This document shows positions 47,484-59,900 of a stretch of 64,000 bases of DNA, piece by piece. Position numbers and translations under genes: made by a program. Numbering within the stretch: the stretch's first letter is position 1; every line of letters starts with the position of its first letter. The stretch is from Sporopachydermia quercuum (lineage: Eukaryota): NCBI GenBank assembly GCA_001599295.1, contig BCGN01000005.1, positions 124,001 through 188,000 on the forward strand, read 5' to 3'. Under the pieces are notes generated by a model. It saw only the letters and a list, made by a program, of their open reading frames with translations, did not search any database and was not told the origin of the DNA.

Positions 47484-48704
47484 TTTCGGTGACCATTCTC
47501 TCACTTGGTCTGCGATTCAGGCTTGATTCTTTGTGTCAGCAGGGCTCTACATGTAATATATGTGATTGTATGCATTATGGGCTAGTATTGCAGAAATGTA
47601 CATATAACGCTTTACGTCTCGGGATATCCCGCCAGATTTTATTATCGATGCCTTCCAATATATGATAGTATCCAGGTAATACGGGTTCTACCTTGCTACT
47701 GATTGAATTTCAGCGATTTGGAACGAAGTCAAAAATTTCCAGCTGACTGACTTATAGGCCAACAAGACTGTAGAATCTGGGTTCATACTCTGTTGATTGT
47801 TGGAGCTTCCTGCGTAGTTGATGTAGTGGCAAATTCAGCTTTGACTCGATTACACTGGTACAACGGTTTGATTTCAACGTATATCAAGAGGGTTTTAATA
47901 GTATAAAAGCAATAACGAACTATCAAACTGCTGCAGTACTGATAATTACTCGAACGCAATAGATTTGTGGTCCTTTTTATTTTTTGTCTTGAAACAGAAG
48001 AATTAACGTCTCCCCGCAATTTCCCTATTCTATTTGGGAGTCATCTCGAAAGTAAATATGACTTAAATTATAAACTGGTGAAACTCGCATGTGTATGCAT
48101 TTAGCTTTAAACTCTAATTCTTACTTTTCATCCCATTGGAGACGTCTTAATCAAATTAATCTGATTTTCAAGCCTACTTATGTATGGCGACACACTTATT
48201 TGCTACTTTTCTATCCTATTGTAGTTGATAGTTGTTGAATAACTCTTATCTACCAGTTAAATCGGTTCTATTTGTTCTGGTATTAACTTTATATTATTTT
48301 TGTTATGAAAACTGGGGTCATTCTTAGTACTCTTGCATGAATATGCATATTTTATCAACTTAATTCAATCACCAAGGCATTAATTTACTCCAACTTCGTT
48401 CAACTCTTCTCATCTATTAAACGATTGGTTCAGAAAGGCAAGTAAACACTTAGATGCTTTGAGACACTTGGACTATTATACAGTTTATATTAGTTTGCAC
48501 TGATTTGTAAACGTAATCGCATATGATACTTGATTATTTTCGTTGTCGGATGAATCTGTTAACAACCATCTGATAGGTAACAAAGCGTGCGTACACATAT
48601 CCAATAACCAGGTTGTCTCTACGAGATTTTTGTTGAATTTGATAGATAGAATACAAAACAACTTTATCTGATAGACTAGATTGCAATCATATAAATCAGC
48701 TANA

Positions 48705-49881
48705 ATGAGCTCACCTTCGGAAATAACAGACGAGTTCTCTGAACCAAGCAAAGCAGTGCTTTCTAGAGTTCATACTTCGAATCCTGATNCATCAACAGCT
48801 ATTGATAGGAGTATTCCAGAGTTCCCTGCTGCTCAGGAATCAGAAGAAGAAGACTATTTCAAAACCAACAAGCCTCCAAATTATCTTGACACAATAGGTG
48901 AAGAATGCAAACAGTTTATAAACCTTCATAAAAACAAGAGAAAAATTGCATTGATTACAGTAAGTATTGGATTAAGTATGCTATAGACATACTCTAGCTC
49001 TCACATGCAGTGTTCTGGTTATATTTTACTAACAATAATTCATATAAAAAAAGTCTGGTGGTACTACTGTCCCTCTAGAAAACAATACGGTTAGATTCAT
49101 TGATAATTTCTCTGCTGGAACAAGAGGTGCAACAAGTGCTGAATACTTTCTTGAGAATGGCTATGCGGTTATATTCCTTCATCGTGAATTCTCTCTTCTA
49201 CCATACTCAAGACATTATTCACATAATACTAACTGCTTCCTGGATTACATGCATGAAGATACCAAAACTGGATCTATAGTAGTCGAGGAAAAATATCAAA
49301 AGGAAATGAAACAGGTTTTAAGAAAGTATTCATCAGCGAAAGCAAACAAGCTCTTGTTATTAGTCCCTTTTACAACTGTTAACCAATACTTATATACATT
49401 GAAACTTATTAGCGAAGAGCTTTCAGTGGTTTCTGCTAATGCTATATTATTTTTAGCTGCGGCAGTTTCTGATTTCTTTCTACCTAGAAGCAAAATGCCT
49501 GAACATAAGATTCAGTCTCAAGCAGGTGGTGGTAAATTGGTTATAGATTTAGAGCCTGTACCTAAATTCTTGAGAAGATTAGTTGAATCTTGGGCTCNAG
49601 GGACAATGATTGTTTCGTTCAAATTAGAAACTGACAAGAAAATACTTCGCAGTAAAGCTAGACAAGCTTTACAACGGTATTCGCATCAACTAGTTATCGG
49701 TAACCTCCTACAAACAAGAAAGAGAGAAGTTATATTCGTGACAAGTAATGAAGAAACCGAGTTTAGGTTAACCGACGAGCAAGTCGCAAACGAAATTGAT
49801 ATCGAGCAAGTGATTATTCCTGAAGTTATTAAAATGCATGAAGAATGGATTGCCAAGTGGAATAATGAGCATTCAGACTGA
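48705..49881 (+). CDS. CAB2: Phosphopantothenate--cysteine ligase; exons 48705-48959 and 49054-49881
   Basis: Splicing GTAAGT(48960)...TACTAAC...AAG(49053) restores [30 protein letters not shown]. Motifs [22 protein letters not shown] and VIGNLLQTR. Confidence 0.93.
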
Positions 49882-50297
49882 ATAGTGTTGCTGGTTGTTC
49901 AAAGTTAAGTATCGTTGGATTATATGTGTTATGATTTATCTGCTATATGCTTTAATAGTTCATCTGCTGCTGAATATATTTTGAATGGTTAACAAACCAC
50001 ACCTAAATATTTCAAGAAGAGCTACTGTCATAGATGCAATCGTTACTGTTCAAGTCAATTTTATGAAATTTGTATATAGTATATAATGCCGTTCTTATTA
50101 TTTAGATTTATTTCATTTTATTTCATTTATGAGTTAGTTAGTCACATTGTTACATATATATGCCATTTTCGCTAGAACGGTGTTTCTGATCATTNTTAAA
50201 TAGATATATTAGAAGTAGAATACTATCTAGATCTATACTATACCTATCTACCACATTCATTAGTATTTATACCATTATTATTATTATTTTTTTTTAT

Positions 50298-52030
50298 TTA
50301 CAAAAATGAAAACCCAACTCCAAATTGCAATCCTTTTCTGCATAAATCGCTATCACGAGTAATCAGCGGTAATGTGAAATTCAGTTCAAATCTTGCAATC
50401 GGATGAGCAAAAACAATACCGAAACCTCCAGCAACTGAAGGTCTTAGCATAACTCGATTGAACACACTTGATATACTATCGCCGCTATTAATTGAATAAA
50501 GACTTCCAGCATTCAAAAACGTGTGAAATCTCAAATTACTATCTGGTGCTAATCTAGGGATCCTTGAGAATAAACTGACACCAGAGGCAAAGAAAACGTT
50601 ACCACCTAATGAATCAACACCTTGACGAGGTCCCAAACCATTCAAAACAAATCCTCTGACAGTATTGGGTCCCCCTAAGAAAAATTTATCCATAATATTG
50701 GCTTTCTGATTGTTCAAAGGCCATAGAAAACCTGTGTTAAAGCCTAAGCTACAAATCAACTGATCATTTGTTCCTAAACTTGTAGACAAATTTCCTTCAG
50801 CTTGAGTCTTTGCAAATTGAGCTGAGTTTCTTCCAATGTAACCATTATGGGATAGTAGTCCTAATCCTGCTATTTCGTTTGTTGCTTTAAAGAAAAGACC
50901 TTTTGATGGTAGTAGGGGATTATTTCGCGAATCATATAGAAAGGTATGAACTAGTGAGGTTTTAAAAGAATCTCCTGCTTGTGTGAAGATACTATCACCA
51001 GGTTTAAATGTATGAGTGTTGATACTTCTCCAAACTGCTTCTAAACCAAATTGGTGACTAATACTATTAACTGGAGCACTTATCAGTTTAGCTGATACAC
51101 CCCTTACTATTTGATCATGAGAAGCATAGTCTATCTTTCTCGAAGCAACAAATGCTGTTATCTCGTTCTTCCATTTAGCTGAATACTGTACAGGAGAAGA
51201 GAAATTTAGCAAGTATGAATTCCTAGTCTTCGTTCCTAATGTTGCGTCAATCGATAACTTCTCAGCACCCCCAAATAAATCTTGTACTTGAACATTAAGA
51301 TATCCGTTTCCTTCTCCATTGCCTACATTGGTACCCGTTCGTGCAACAAATCTATTTACATGATGAAGGTCTATCAGTATGTTGAGGTCGATAGGCTGTT
51401 GGGCTGTAGCATAGAATGCACTATTGGTGATCGGTTGGATACCATTAGGAGATGGTGTGTCCAAGTAGAATTGAACATCGTCATAAACGCCAAATGCTGA
51501 AAGATTATTAGCGACATTTTGTAGATTTCTTAGTAGAGTTTCGACGTTCAATTGCTGTTTCTCATCTATCAAAGGTTTTAGTTGTTCCTGTAAGAAGTTT
51601 TGTTTGCTATTGCCAGAGCCTTCCACTTTAACAAAGCTGATAGCAACTGGGCGAACTGTTGGTTGTTGTAGCTTTGATTATGTTACTATGTAAGTGCGTA
51701 GAATGAATGAAATATATGCCGTATAGTAAAATAGTGAACAAATATCAAATAAAAGAGCCCAAGAAATAGAAAAAGTAACACATTAGTAAAAAGGAATCAA
51801 GCATATACATACCAGTTGTTGTAGAATTACTGATGATCTTTCGTGCCTAATTCTTTGCCGTACTTCCTGTTGATCTTTTAAAGCTTCTTGCTCCCTTTTT
51901 AACGGGTGATCATCGGTTATCTAGGTATGAAAATCATATAGTTAGCATTAATACATAAAACATGTTGAATTACTAACTGTTCATACATCACATAACATAC
52001 ATTTGAGTCTCGACTAAAGAGATCAGTCAT
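50298..52030 (-). CDS. SAM50: Sam50/Tob55 Omp85-family beta-barrel insertase; exons 52030-52001, 51920-51813 and 51671-50298
   Basis: RTGTNVGNGEG, DKFFLGGPNTVRGF, ARFELNFTLPL and KGLQFGVGFSFL*. Two phase-0 GTATGT introns keep the frame from ATG 52030. Confidence 0.92.
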
Positions 52031-52263
52031 TTTTCAAGCTTATGAACAATCAATCGATCCTATTTCTCTCAAAATGTAGCAATCTTTGTAAGAATGATCT
52101 AATCACTCAGCACTTTTGTATTCCTGGAGATCAATCCCTGTATAGTTCTTAGAATAGATATTTACGAATAATATGCTATTGGTTATAAAGTGCGAAGTAT
52201 AACAAAAGCCATTATTCTTTTGTTACATTCATTCTATTTGCTTGTGAAAGTAGAAAAGCGTAC

Positions 52264-52292
52264 AATTTCCGATATACTAAAATTTCGGATAT
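52264..52292. promoter_or_regulatory. Imperfect inverted CCG-N14-CGG element upstream of SAM50
   Basis: AATTTCCGATATACTAAAATTTCGGATAT is 25/29 identical to 24329-24357. Confidence 0.45.
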
Positions 52293-52710
52293 TATGTCTA
52301 ACAATTTCTAGCAAAGGATCACCTGTTATGAGACAAATTCTAATTGTTAAAATTCATGTTATGTAATCAGTAATTTTGTCATTCTCATTGTATCTATCGC
52401 AAATGACATCTACAGACCTGTAACTAACTAATTTGGTTATTGTGTTGTACCAATAGGTATCAGTGGTGAAGCTATTTAAGCCACTACGTGGTTTGAGCTT
52501 AAAGGAACCCAAATTCTTACTGGTGATTTAATTTACTTCCCTCAGTAAAACCCATTTGTTCATCCTCTAGTTGGCAAGGAATACCCCGTANCTCCTGGCA
52601 ATGGTTGATGTAGGTGAGTGGAACTGGATAGGGAACGGATTTACGGAATAGTATGAGATTTCAAATTGATTCATATAAATCATAAGAATGAATGATCATT
52701 GACCAATTTG

Positions 52711-54327
52711 TCAAGCTGCAGCTTTAGCGAAGTCTATGGAATAACTAGACTCTGTTGATGATTCCTTGTCAACTGATTTTGACAGTTTTGCCCAGGATTT
52801 GGAATTCCATGCTTTGACTCCAGACCCAAACATCTCATCAATTTCCTCCAAAGAAAGACTCTTTGTTTCCAAAACAAAGAAGTAGCTGAAAAAGAAAGCA
52901 ACAGCACAGAATCCTGCGAAGACAAACCCGAAATAGAAATGAATCTTCTCAGAGATAAAAGGTGTGCAGAAAGATATTAGGAATGCAAATAACCAGTTAG
53001 ATCCTTGAGCAATTGACATACCTTTGGAACGAACTCTGAGAGGAAACACTTCAGCGAGAAGAACATAACTTATTGGTGCGTACATGGTTGCAAACGATAC
53101 GATGAATAAACAGGCAAATACAAGCATTATGATACCCATTGTCTTATTAGGCGTAGAATTGGTTCCATCTGGATATAAACCAATACCCCCAACAGCTGAG
53201 AATATGAACAGGCAAATAAACATTGAAGCAGTGCCATAGAACAATGGTTTCCTTCTTCCGAACTTCTCTATGAAGTACGATGTGGGGATAGTACTTAGGA
53301 AGTTGATAGCAGATAAGATAATTGATGTGATGTATGAATCCTCTATGCCCACTGACTGGAAAACTGNATTTCCATAATAGAAGAAGTAGTTGATACCGAC
53401 TAACTGCTGAAGGGATTGAATTCCCACACCGATGAATAATCTAAAGAGGATTCTTGGTTTNCCTGTTACTAATTCAAGCCACGAGGTATTTCCCTCGGCC
53501 TGTTCGTTCAGTAGTTGCATTTCCAACTCTTTTATCTCTTCTTCCGCTTGTTCAGATTCTACAGACATGTTATTTGACTTGGCAATTGATTTCATAGCTT
53601 CTTCTTTTCTATTCTTCGATAGCAGATACCGAGGTGATTCCGGAACTAGAGATATAGCCAGTATTAGGATTCCTGCCCACAGAAAACATAAGCCCAATGG
53701 AACTCTCCATTGAGCTGAACTCTCATTGATTTGTTTGGAGCCAAAGTTCACACAATTACCAAAAAGGATAGCCATTGTGATATTGAGATTATAACCTGAT
53801 ACGAGAGCACCTCTCAAATGTTTTGGTGCTGTCTCTGATATGAACATTGGTGCCATAATAGATATACCACCAACGCCCAAGCCGGAAATGACTCTTCCTA
53901 TGAAATATTGGTACCATCTATGAAATGAAGATATTTGAATGGTTATTCCTGTGATATAGATCGTAATGACAATGAACAGGCCGATCTTTCGTCCGTAGAT
54001 ATCGCAATATTTACCAAAAAGTATACCTCCAAGAAGAGCACCAATATTGAAGATTGAGACTATTAATCCAACTCGTATCGTTGATAATGAGTAAGCATTT
54101 GTTTGAATATCAAACGTTCCAAATCTTTGCTTGAAATCATTCATATTAATGAAACCAGAGATAGTACCAGTATCCCAACCATATATAAATCCACCGAATG
54201 CTATCAGCAGACATAGTATAATAACCCTAGTGTGTTTTCTTAGAGATGCCGTTGAGTGAAAAGCATGTTGTTGTATGATGATCTCTGACTGCTTGGGGTT
54301 TTCATTACTTTCAAGTTGTTTAGTCAT
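52711..54327 (-). CDS. MFS sugar porter, HXT/GAL2-like hexose transporter
   Basis: AFGGFIYGWDTGTISGF, WYQYFIGRVISGLGVG, PMFISETAPKHLRG, WRVPLGLCF, PESPRYL, QQLVGINYFFYYG, FGRRK and ETKSLSLEEIDEM. Confidence 0.93.
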   Translation of the reverse strand: MTKQLESNENPKQSEIIIQQHAFHSTASLRKHTRVIILCLLIAFGGFIYGWDTGTISGFINMNDFKQRFGTFDIQTNAYSLSTIRVGLIVSIFNIGALLGGILFGKYCDIYGRKIGLFIVITIYITGITIQISSFHRWYQYFIGRVISGLGVGGISIMAPMFISETAPKHLRGALVSGYNLNITMAILFGNCVNFGSKQINESSAQWRVPLGLCFLWAGILILAISLVPESPRYLLSKNRKEEAMKSIAKSNNMSVESEQAEEEIKELEMQLLNEQAEGNTSWLELVTXKPRILFRLFIGVGIQSLQQLVGINYFFYYGNXVFQSVGIEDSYITSIILSAINFLSTIPTSYFIEKFGRRKPLFYGTASMFICLFIFSAVGGIGLYPDGTNSTPNKTMGIIMLVFACLFIVSFATMYAPISYVLLAEVFPLRVRSKGMSIAQGSNWLFAFLISFCTPFISEKIHFYFGFVFAGFCAVAFFFSYFFVLETKSLSLEEIDEMFGSGVKAWNSKSWAKLSKSVDKESSTESSYSIDFAKAAA

Positions 54328-56400
54328 TATGAGAAAAAATTGATAATCGACGAGTATTCAAGCTTTAACAAGTACCAATTGCTGTGTATTCATCCTACTG
54401 AATGCACGAATAACATTTTCATTATCTCTCTCAGTACTAATAGAAAGACTACGATATCAATTTCATAAATGTAATTTATTTATTCTTTATTTATTTATAT
54501 ATTCAAAAAGTTCAGAGCTATATATATAAATTAAGAGAAGTTCAGAGCTTTTCTCTTATTTATATTCATAATTATATATTCACACTAATATTACAACCTA
54601 TTGAACATTCCTACAGATAATAAGAAACAGAAATCGGTTTCATTCCCGTTTAGGGATCTTTTCCTCTTTTGAACTGTTCAGGTGAATGAATTTATCACCA
54701 ATCTAAGAACATGCAATTTTAGCTTATAAATTAACTATGGTTCGGCAAAAAAGGCTACCTCGATTTGATTACAATAACGATTTAATTCTATTTTTGTATT
54801 GCATCTTATCAGCAAGCATATCGTAGCTAGCAAGTAGTTGGCATTCATTCAACATTGTATGCCCATAATCTGTTTCTGGGAAGGTCTTCTGTTTCTACGA
54901 TGCAATGNAGTTTGTTGTAATAAGACAAATTCAATTTGGAAACAAAGGTTTAGAAAATTTCAGCTGTTGAGCATTTGTAATAATTACAACACCCCAAAAA
55001 TAATGAAATAATAGTTGAATATCTTCTAATCAATATATGTCACCCTTCAACCATCAATCATTTTTTGACTCACCCCATTGCACTATTGTAATTGACATCA
55101 TATTGACCGTTGAATTTCTGTGTTAGGAAATTGACCCAGGAAGATTGGCTCATCGGCGCAAACTTTAATGCCCGATCCAGTAGTTGGAAAAGTCACTAGT
55201 CATGCACTTCTTCGCTAAAGATGCATGTAGATATATTTAGCGTGGGGGTACTATTGGAAGGTAGAAATGAAACATGTAATGGTTGATGATTAGAGGGTTC
55301 ATCTGATAGCAGAATATCGAGGAGAGTATTAAGATGTGGAAAATAGATGAAAAAGAATGAAGTTCGTGTAATATTTTTGGGTTTGGGAATCTGCATTATT
55401 AAGCATGCGAAACTAAAAAGGTTACAGGTTATAGGCGTTCAAGTTGAAATATAGTTACGGAATATGAGTCAATCTTCGATTAACTATTAACTAGATACCA
55501 ATTGCCGAGAAGGATCAAGTGATAATAATATATTATATTGGTGGGAAAAGTAAAATAAAAAGTTAAGTTTGTTGAAAGAAGAATATGATGTACTGTTATG
55601 TGGAATTTCACCTTTATGTTGTAGGCTTCAGTTCGGATGGTAAAAAGGTTGCAGGGAAACATGTGTGCCTAATTTATGACTACCAGGTTTATATGAATTT
55701 ACGAATTAACGAAATAATCTGTGTATATTGTTTTTATATGCATTAGAGGTATCTCAGGATTGTCTCAAACTAGCTGTAGAAGGTAACCGAGCTTTTTTAT
55801 CCTAACAAGAAAGANAAAAAAATAGTAGCATCAGCATGAGTTATTCGCGACAAAATTGTAGGCATGCTAGCCAAATTTCTAACTTGTTATCCAGGCAGCC
55901 AACTCAACCGGCAGCCAATTGAGCTGGATGATAATTGGATAGTTGATTTAACACAGTAAGAACTCTCTAAGAAAACCAGTGCTCAAAAATAAAATGAACG
56001 ATGAGTTGGGCAAGCAGAGTAAATGAAGTATAGGAAGGAAATGGTACAGGAAAAGGGGTAGAACTNGGATTTTCTTGCTGCTAGGAGACCATGAGAATGA
56101 GACCTGCTTTAGTATTTACTNATAGAACCCAATTCCTGCGTTTCTTCATGCGGACGTACAACCCAAGGGCAAGTGAGATAAAAAAGAAAAGAATTACAGT
56201 ATATAGGACACCGGTCTTTGTTTCATTATTGCAGAGGCTCTAAGGGGTATAATAATTGAATATATATATATAATCTAAGGATATAGGTGACAGGATAAAT
56301 CAGCATTTTTAATACTTCCAGAGTTTTGATTCACTGATTATCGCTTATGCAAACTTTGCTGAGAACTGAATTAGATGAAAAATAAATTTTTTGTTTCAGT

Positions 56401-56934
56401 TTAGATGACAATTCTCTCCGCCATGATATCTCTCTTGACATAAGTAGTGTTGGAGATACATTGAGAATACCAGTCATTGGAATAAACACAGAAAGAGCCA
56501 GCTTCACAACAGGTAGGGCCTCCGAAGTTGATACCACCACATTGTCCGTAAAGAGGAGAGCAGACCTCTGGGACTGGCTCACCTGGTGCAGGGGGTGCAG
56601 GTCCTTCAGTTCCAGCAACAGGTAAACATTGGGAGAACCAGTCGTTAGACTTAACGCAGCTGGTACCAGCGTGGCAGCAAGTAGGGCCACTGTAACCAAT
56701 ACCACCACATTGGCCGTAGATAGGGGCACATTTCTTGTCTTCTTCGCTGTCGAAAATAAGACACTGAGAGTAGAAAGCATTGCTGTAAACACATTTACTT
56801 CCATATTTACAACACGTTGTACCCTGGAAATCTTGACCACCGCATTGTCCGTACCAATCACTACAAGAAGCAGCAAGGGAAACCTCAACTGCAACTAAAA
56901 AAGTTGAAATTAAAACAAGAGGATTGACAAACAT
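56401..56934 (-). CDS. Secreted non-catalytic protein with three tandem fungal cellulose-binding modules (CBM1)
   Basis: Hydrophobic signal peptide (about aa 1-22) followed by three repeats of C..(W/I/L)YGQCGG..(F/Y).G.TCC..G..C..SN.(F/W)(Y/F)SQC, with a Pro-rich linker. Start context ACAATG; intronless. Confidence 0.93.
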   Translation of the reverse strand: MFVNPLVLISTFLVAVEVSLAASCSDWYGQCGGQDFQGTTCCKYGSKCVYSNAFYSQCLIFDSEEDKKCAPIYGQCGGIGYSGPTCCHAGTSCVKSNDWFSQCLPVAGTEGPAPPAPGEPVPEVCSPLYGQCGGINFGGPTCCEAGSFCVYSNDWYSQCISNTTYVKRDIMAERIVI

Positions 56935-59900
56935 TGTGATTGTTGTTATTTACTACGTGATAGTAGATGATCGATTGTGTAGTACGCCTGAAACTGCTAC
57001 ATAAAGAAGTGAAAACGAAGAAAGAAAAACAAACCAGAATTAAAGGAAACAAATTCCAGAATATCAACAAACTAACAAAAACAATGAAAACTGAGGAAAG
57101 TCGTCAATAAATAGTGAGTGAGAAATAATCATGAATGTCTACAACCAAGAGATAGCTACCTATTCAAACTTAAATTCTGTTCTCATACAGATCCCCAGTT
57201 AACTTTAAGTAAGTTAAGGTTAAGTTAAGGTTTCAAAAAGACTAACTCAGGCTAATTGTTGTAAAGTTGAATTTAAGGTTTTATGTTTTTTCCTATGGAG
57301 GATATTCAAATTCTACTCTAGACAGAGAATAGTTGTAGAGAGACATAAGAACAGAAAGTATTTATTTATGAAATAATTATTTAGAACCGGAAGCTATAAC
57401 TTTTGAAACTCATTGTAAAGATGGGGGAGAGATGAACTGCTTTCTGCCAGTATAAGACATTATTTTTTTATTCACGGCCGGTATGTGTAATTATTCCGAT
57501 TATCGTGAGTAAAGTTATGATTCTTGGGTATAAGAGTAACAGAGTGGACTTTGAAGAAGCATATTGTTATATATAGTGAAAAGATAAATAAAAGTTCGAA
57601 AAATAAAGTTAGACATTGGCACCACCAGATAGATATATTCTCAGTTTCAATTGTATGAACAGTCCGATGATTCTAATTAACGAGTTCTTTATGTGTATCA
57701 AAGATTTACTACAAATCTCACAGGTATCCTATTCAGTTGCACTTAATTATGAACATCTATGATTATACGGAGCAATTTACATATTTCTGCTTCAACTAGG
57801 AATTTAATACCTGGTTCTATGGTTTACCTCTTCTTTGATCGTTTCACGCTATTTTCTTCACTGCATGGGGGAATAAATATGTATACATACGCTCATACTC
57901 AGTGCCCAGTGCCCATATGGAAACTAAAAGAGATTGAACCTACTGTGCCCGAACAACAATGAATGGCCAATATACATAACATGAAAATAGGGACTCGATG
58001 CATAAAAACGAGAACTTATCTTTACTACTATCATCAGTAATAACATTCTTACCATAATAAGTAATTTCTCCTGCCGCATGCGCCAGACACGACTTGAATA
58101 CAGGAGGTATGGCTGAGGATGAATTACATCATGATTTAGAAATAGAAATCAATATACACACATATATATGAGTTGGTAAATCAGTACCAAATCAGTGATA
58201 TCATCAATAGAAAGCATTTGTAAACCCTGTAATATTTCCGATATCTTGAAAATTGATGCTACATTCAAACAGTTTATTTAAGGTTTACTTGCATGGTGGA
58301 GCACAACCCCATAAGCGAGCGTTTTACACCAAATTAACCGTCCTGCGCTGAAATCCCACTAAAGCAGAAGTTATAATAGGTGTAAACCTAGTTAAACAAG
58401 AAAGGAGACTGATCCTGTCAAAGGTAAAAGCATGGTTTATTTTATCTTCCTTTTTTATTTCCATTTTCATTTTCAAGTATGTGCTATTGATTTCGTAATT
58501 GGAGTAAGAATAATTGGCGCAAGGAAAATGACTCGGCAATTGTAGTCTCTTGTCAATTGATTGATCTGATAGTTTTTATTGATAGGTTCTGAAGGAGATA
58601 ACTTCTTAAAGGATCTTCGAATGCTTGAAATTCCAGTCTTGCAGGATACTGCTAACAGATCCTGTGCTGTTTCCTTTAGATACATACCCATAGATAGCTT
58701 CATAGAATTCGGGACTATTTAGAATTGTTTCCCCTGTTGAGCCATTTATTATTTTAGTTTCAAGTCAGCCATTATATTGAACAGGAAATTAAGAGATTAG
58801 TTAATTNTAAAAAATAAATCTGTGAATAATAAAGCATCGCGCTAAGTTATTTTAAAGAACTCAGTTCTGTAAATGTTTCTAAAAAGTATTGAATGCTCGG
58901 TCCAACCTGCCTTGGATATATAATTTCTAGAATAAAGTTTGACACCTGGCGCTAAATACTAAATATATAAACTCAATTGAAAACGTTAATCAAACGCAGA
59001 AACTCTATAACGAAAAACACCAGGACGTCCGATTTTTTGAAGTTAAAACTATCAGATGCCTAAGTCGCGTTTTGTTCTTGAAACTCCTTTACACGTTATC
59101 TTTTATTTCTTTGGTGCAATGAGTAATGGTGTGTCTCTACTATTTAAGATACAGGATTTGGTAGGCCTTTCGTTAGTTCATGTGAGTTGAAGATTGCCGA
59201 CAGCCTTGATTGGGGATGAGGGCTTTACCTTTATTTCTTCTTAGATAGGGAATAAACTAATTGAATACTGGAACATGATAATACCCCTGCGGGGTTTTTT
59301 ATCAAGTGATATTGATGGTTATTTTAGTTTATCTCCTTAGCTAATTTTTCTGATGTAAATAAGTGAAGCCAACTTGGCTTAACTAACTCCGTATAGAAGT
59401 TTGAGGAGACTCTCATGCCTTCCAGTCAACTACTCAGGGTTAGTTTCTTATTTGCTATGAATAATCCTCAAGTTGATCTCTTCGTCTATAGATGCACTTT
59501 ATGACACATAAACGTTACATAAATTTTATTTTGCTACCATTCTTACTATAGTAATTTCAAAAGCACACGCATCTATCAATGTTATCTCTCGTTTGAGACG
59601 TAGCATTTCTTCTCTATCATCTACAGATAAACCACAAAGTGATTATAGATCTTCCATTTTAAGCTATTTTTATTTGTAGTAAACTTGTCTGCTCTGCCGG
59701 CTAAGTATCAGAATTAACAAAGTACTATAACCCACAACTTTATAATGTAAGCCTATCAAAGCAAAGAGTAGCATGAGATGAGTGATCCATAACCTTCATT
59801 AACTATCAGAAAAGTATAAACTTTATCATACTATCCAAAAACTACCTCCTATAAACCAACTGATTATACAGTGATCATGTAACATAATCATGATGAACCA

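Noticed and set aside
56331..56894. 187-aa alternative-frame ORF overlapping the CBM1 gene
   Set aside because: TTG start and a shadow of the repeated CBM1 codons; the CBM1 frame explains the sequence.
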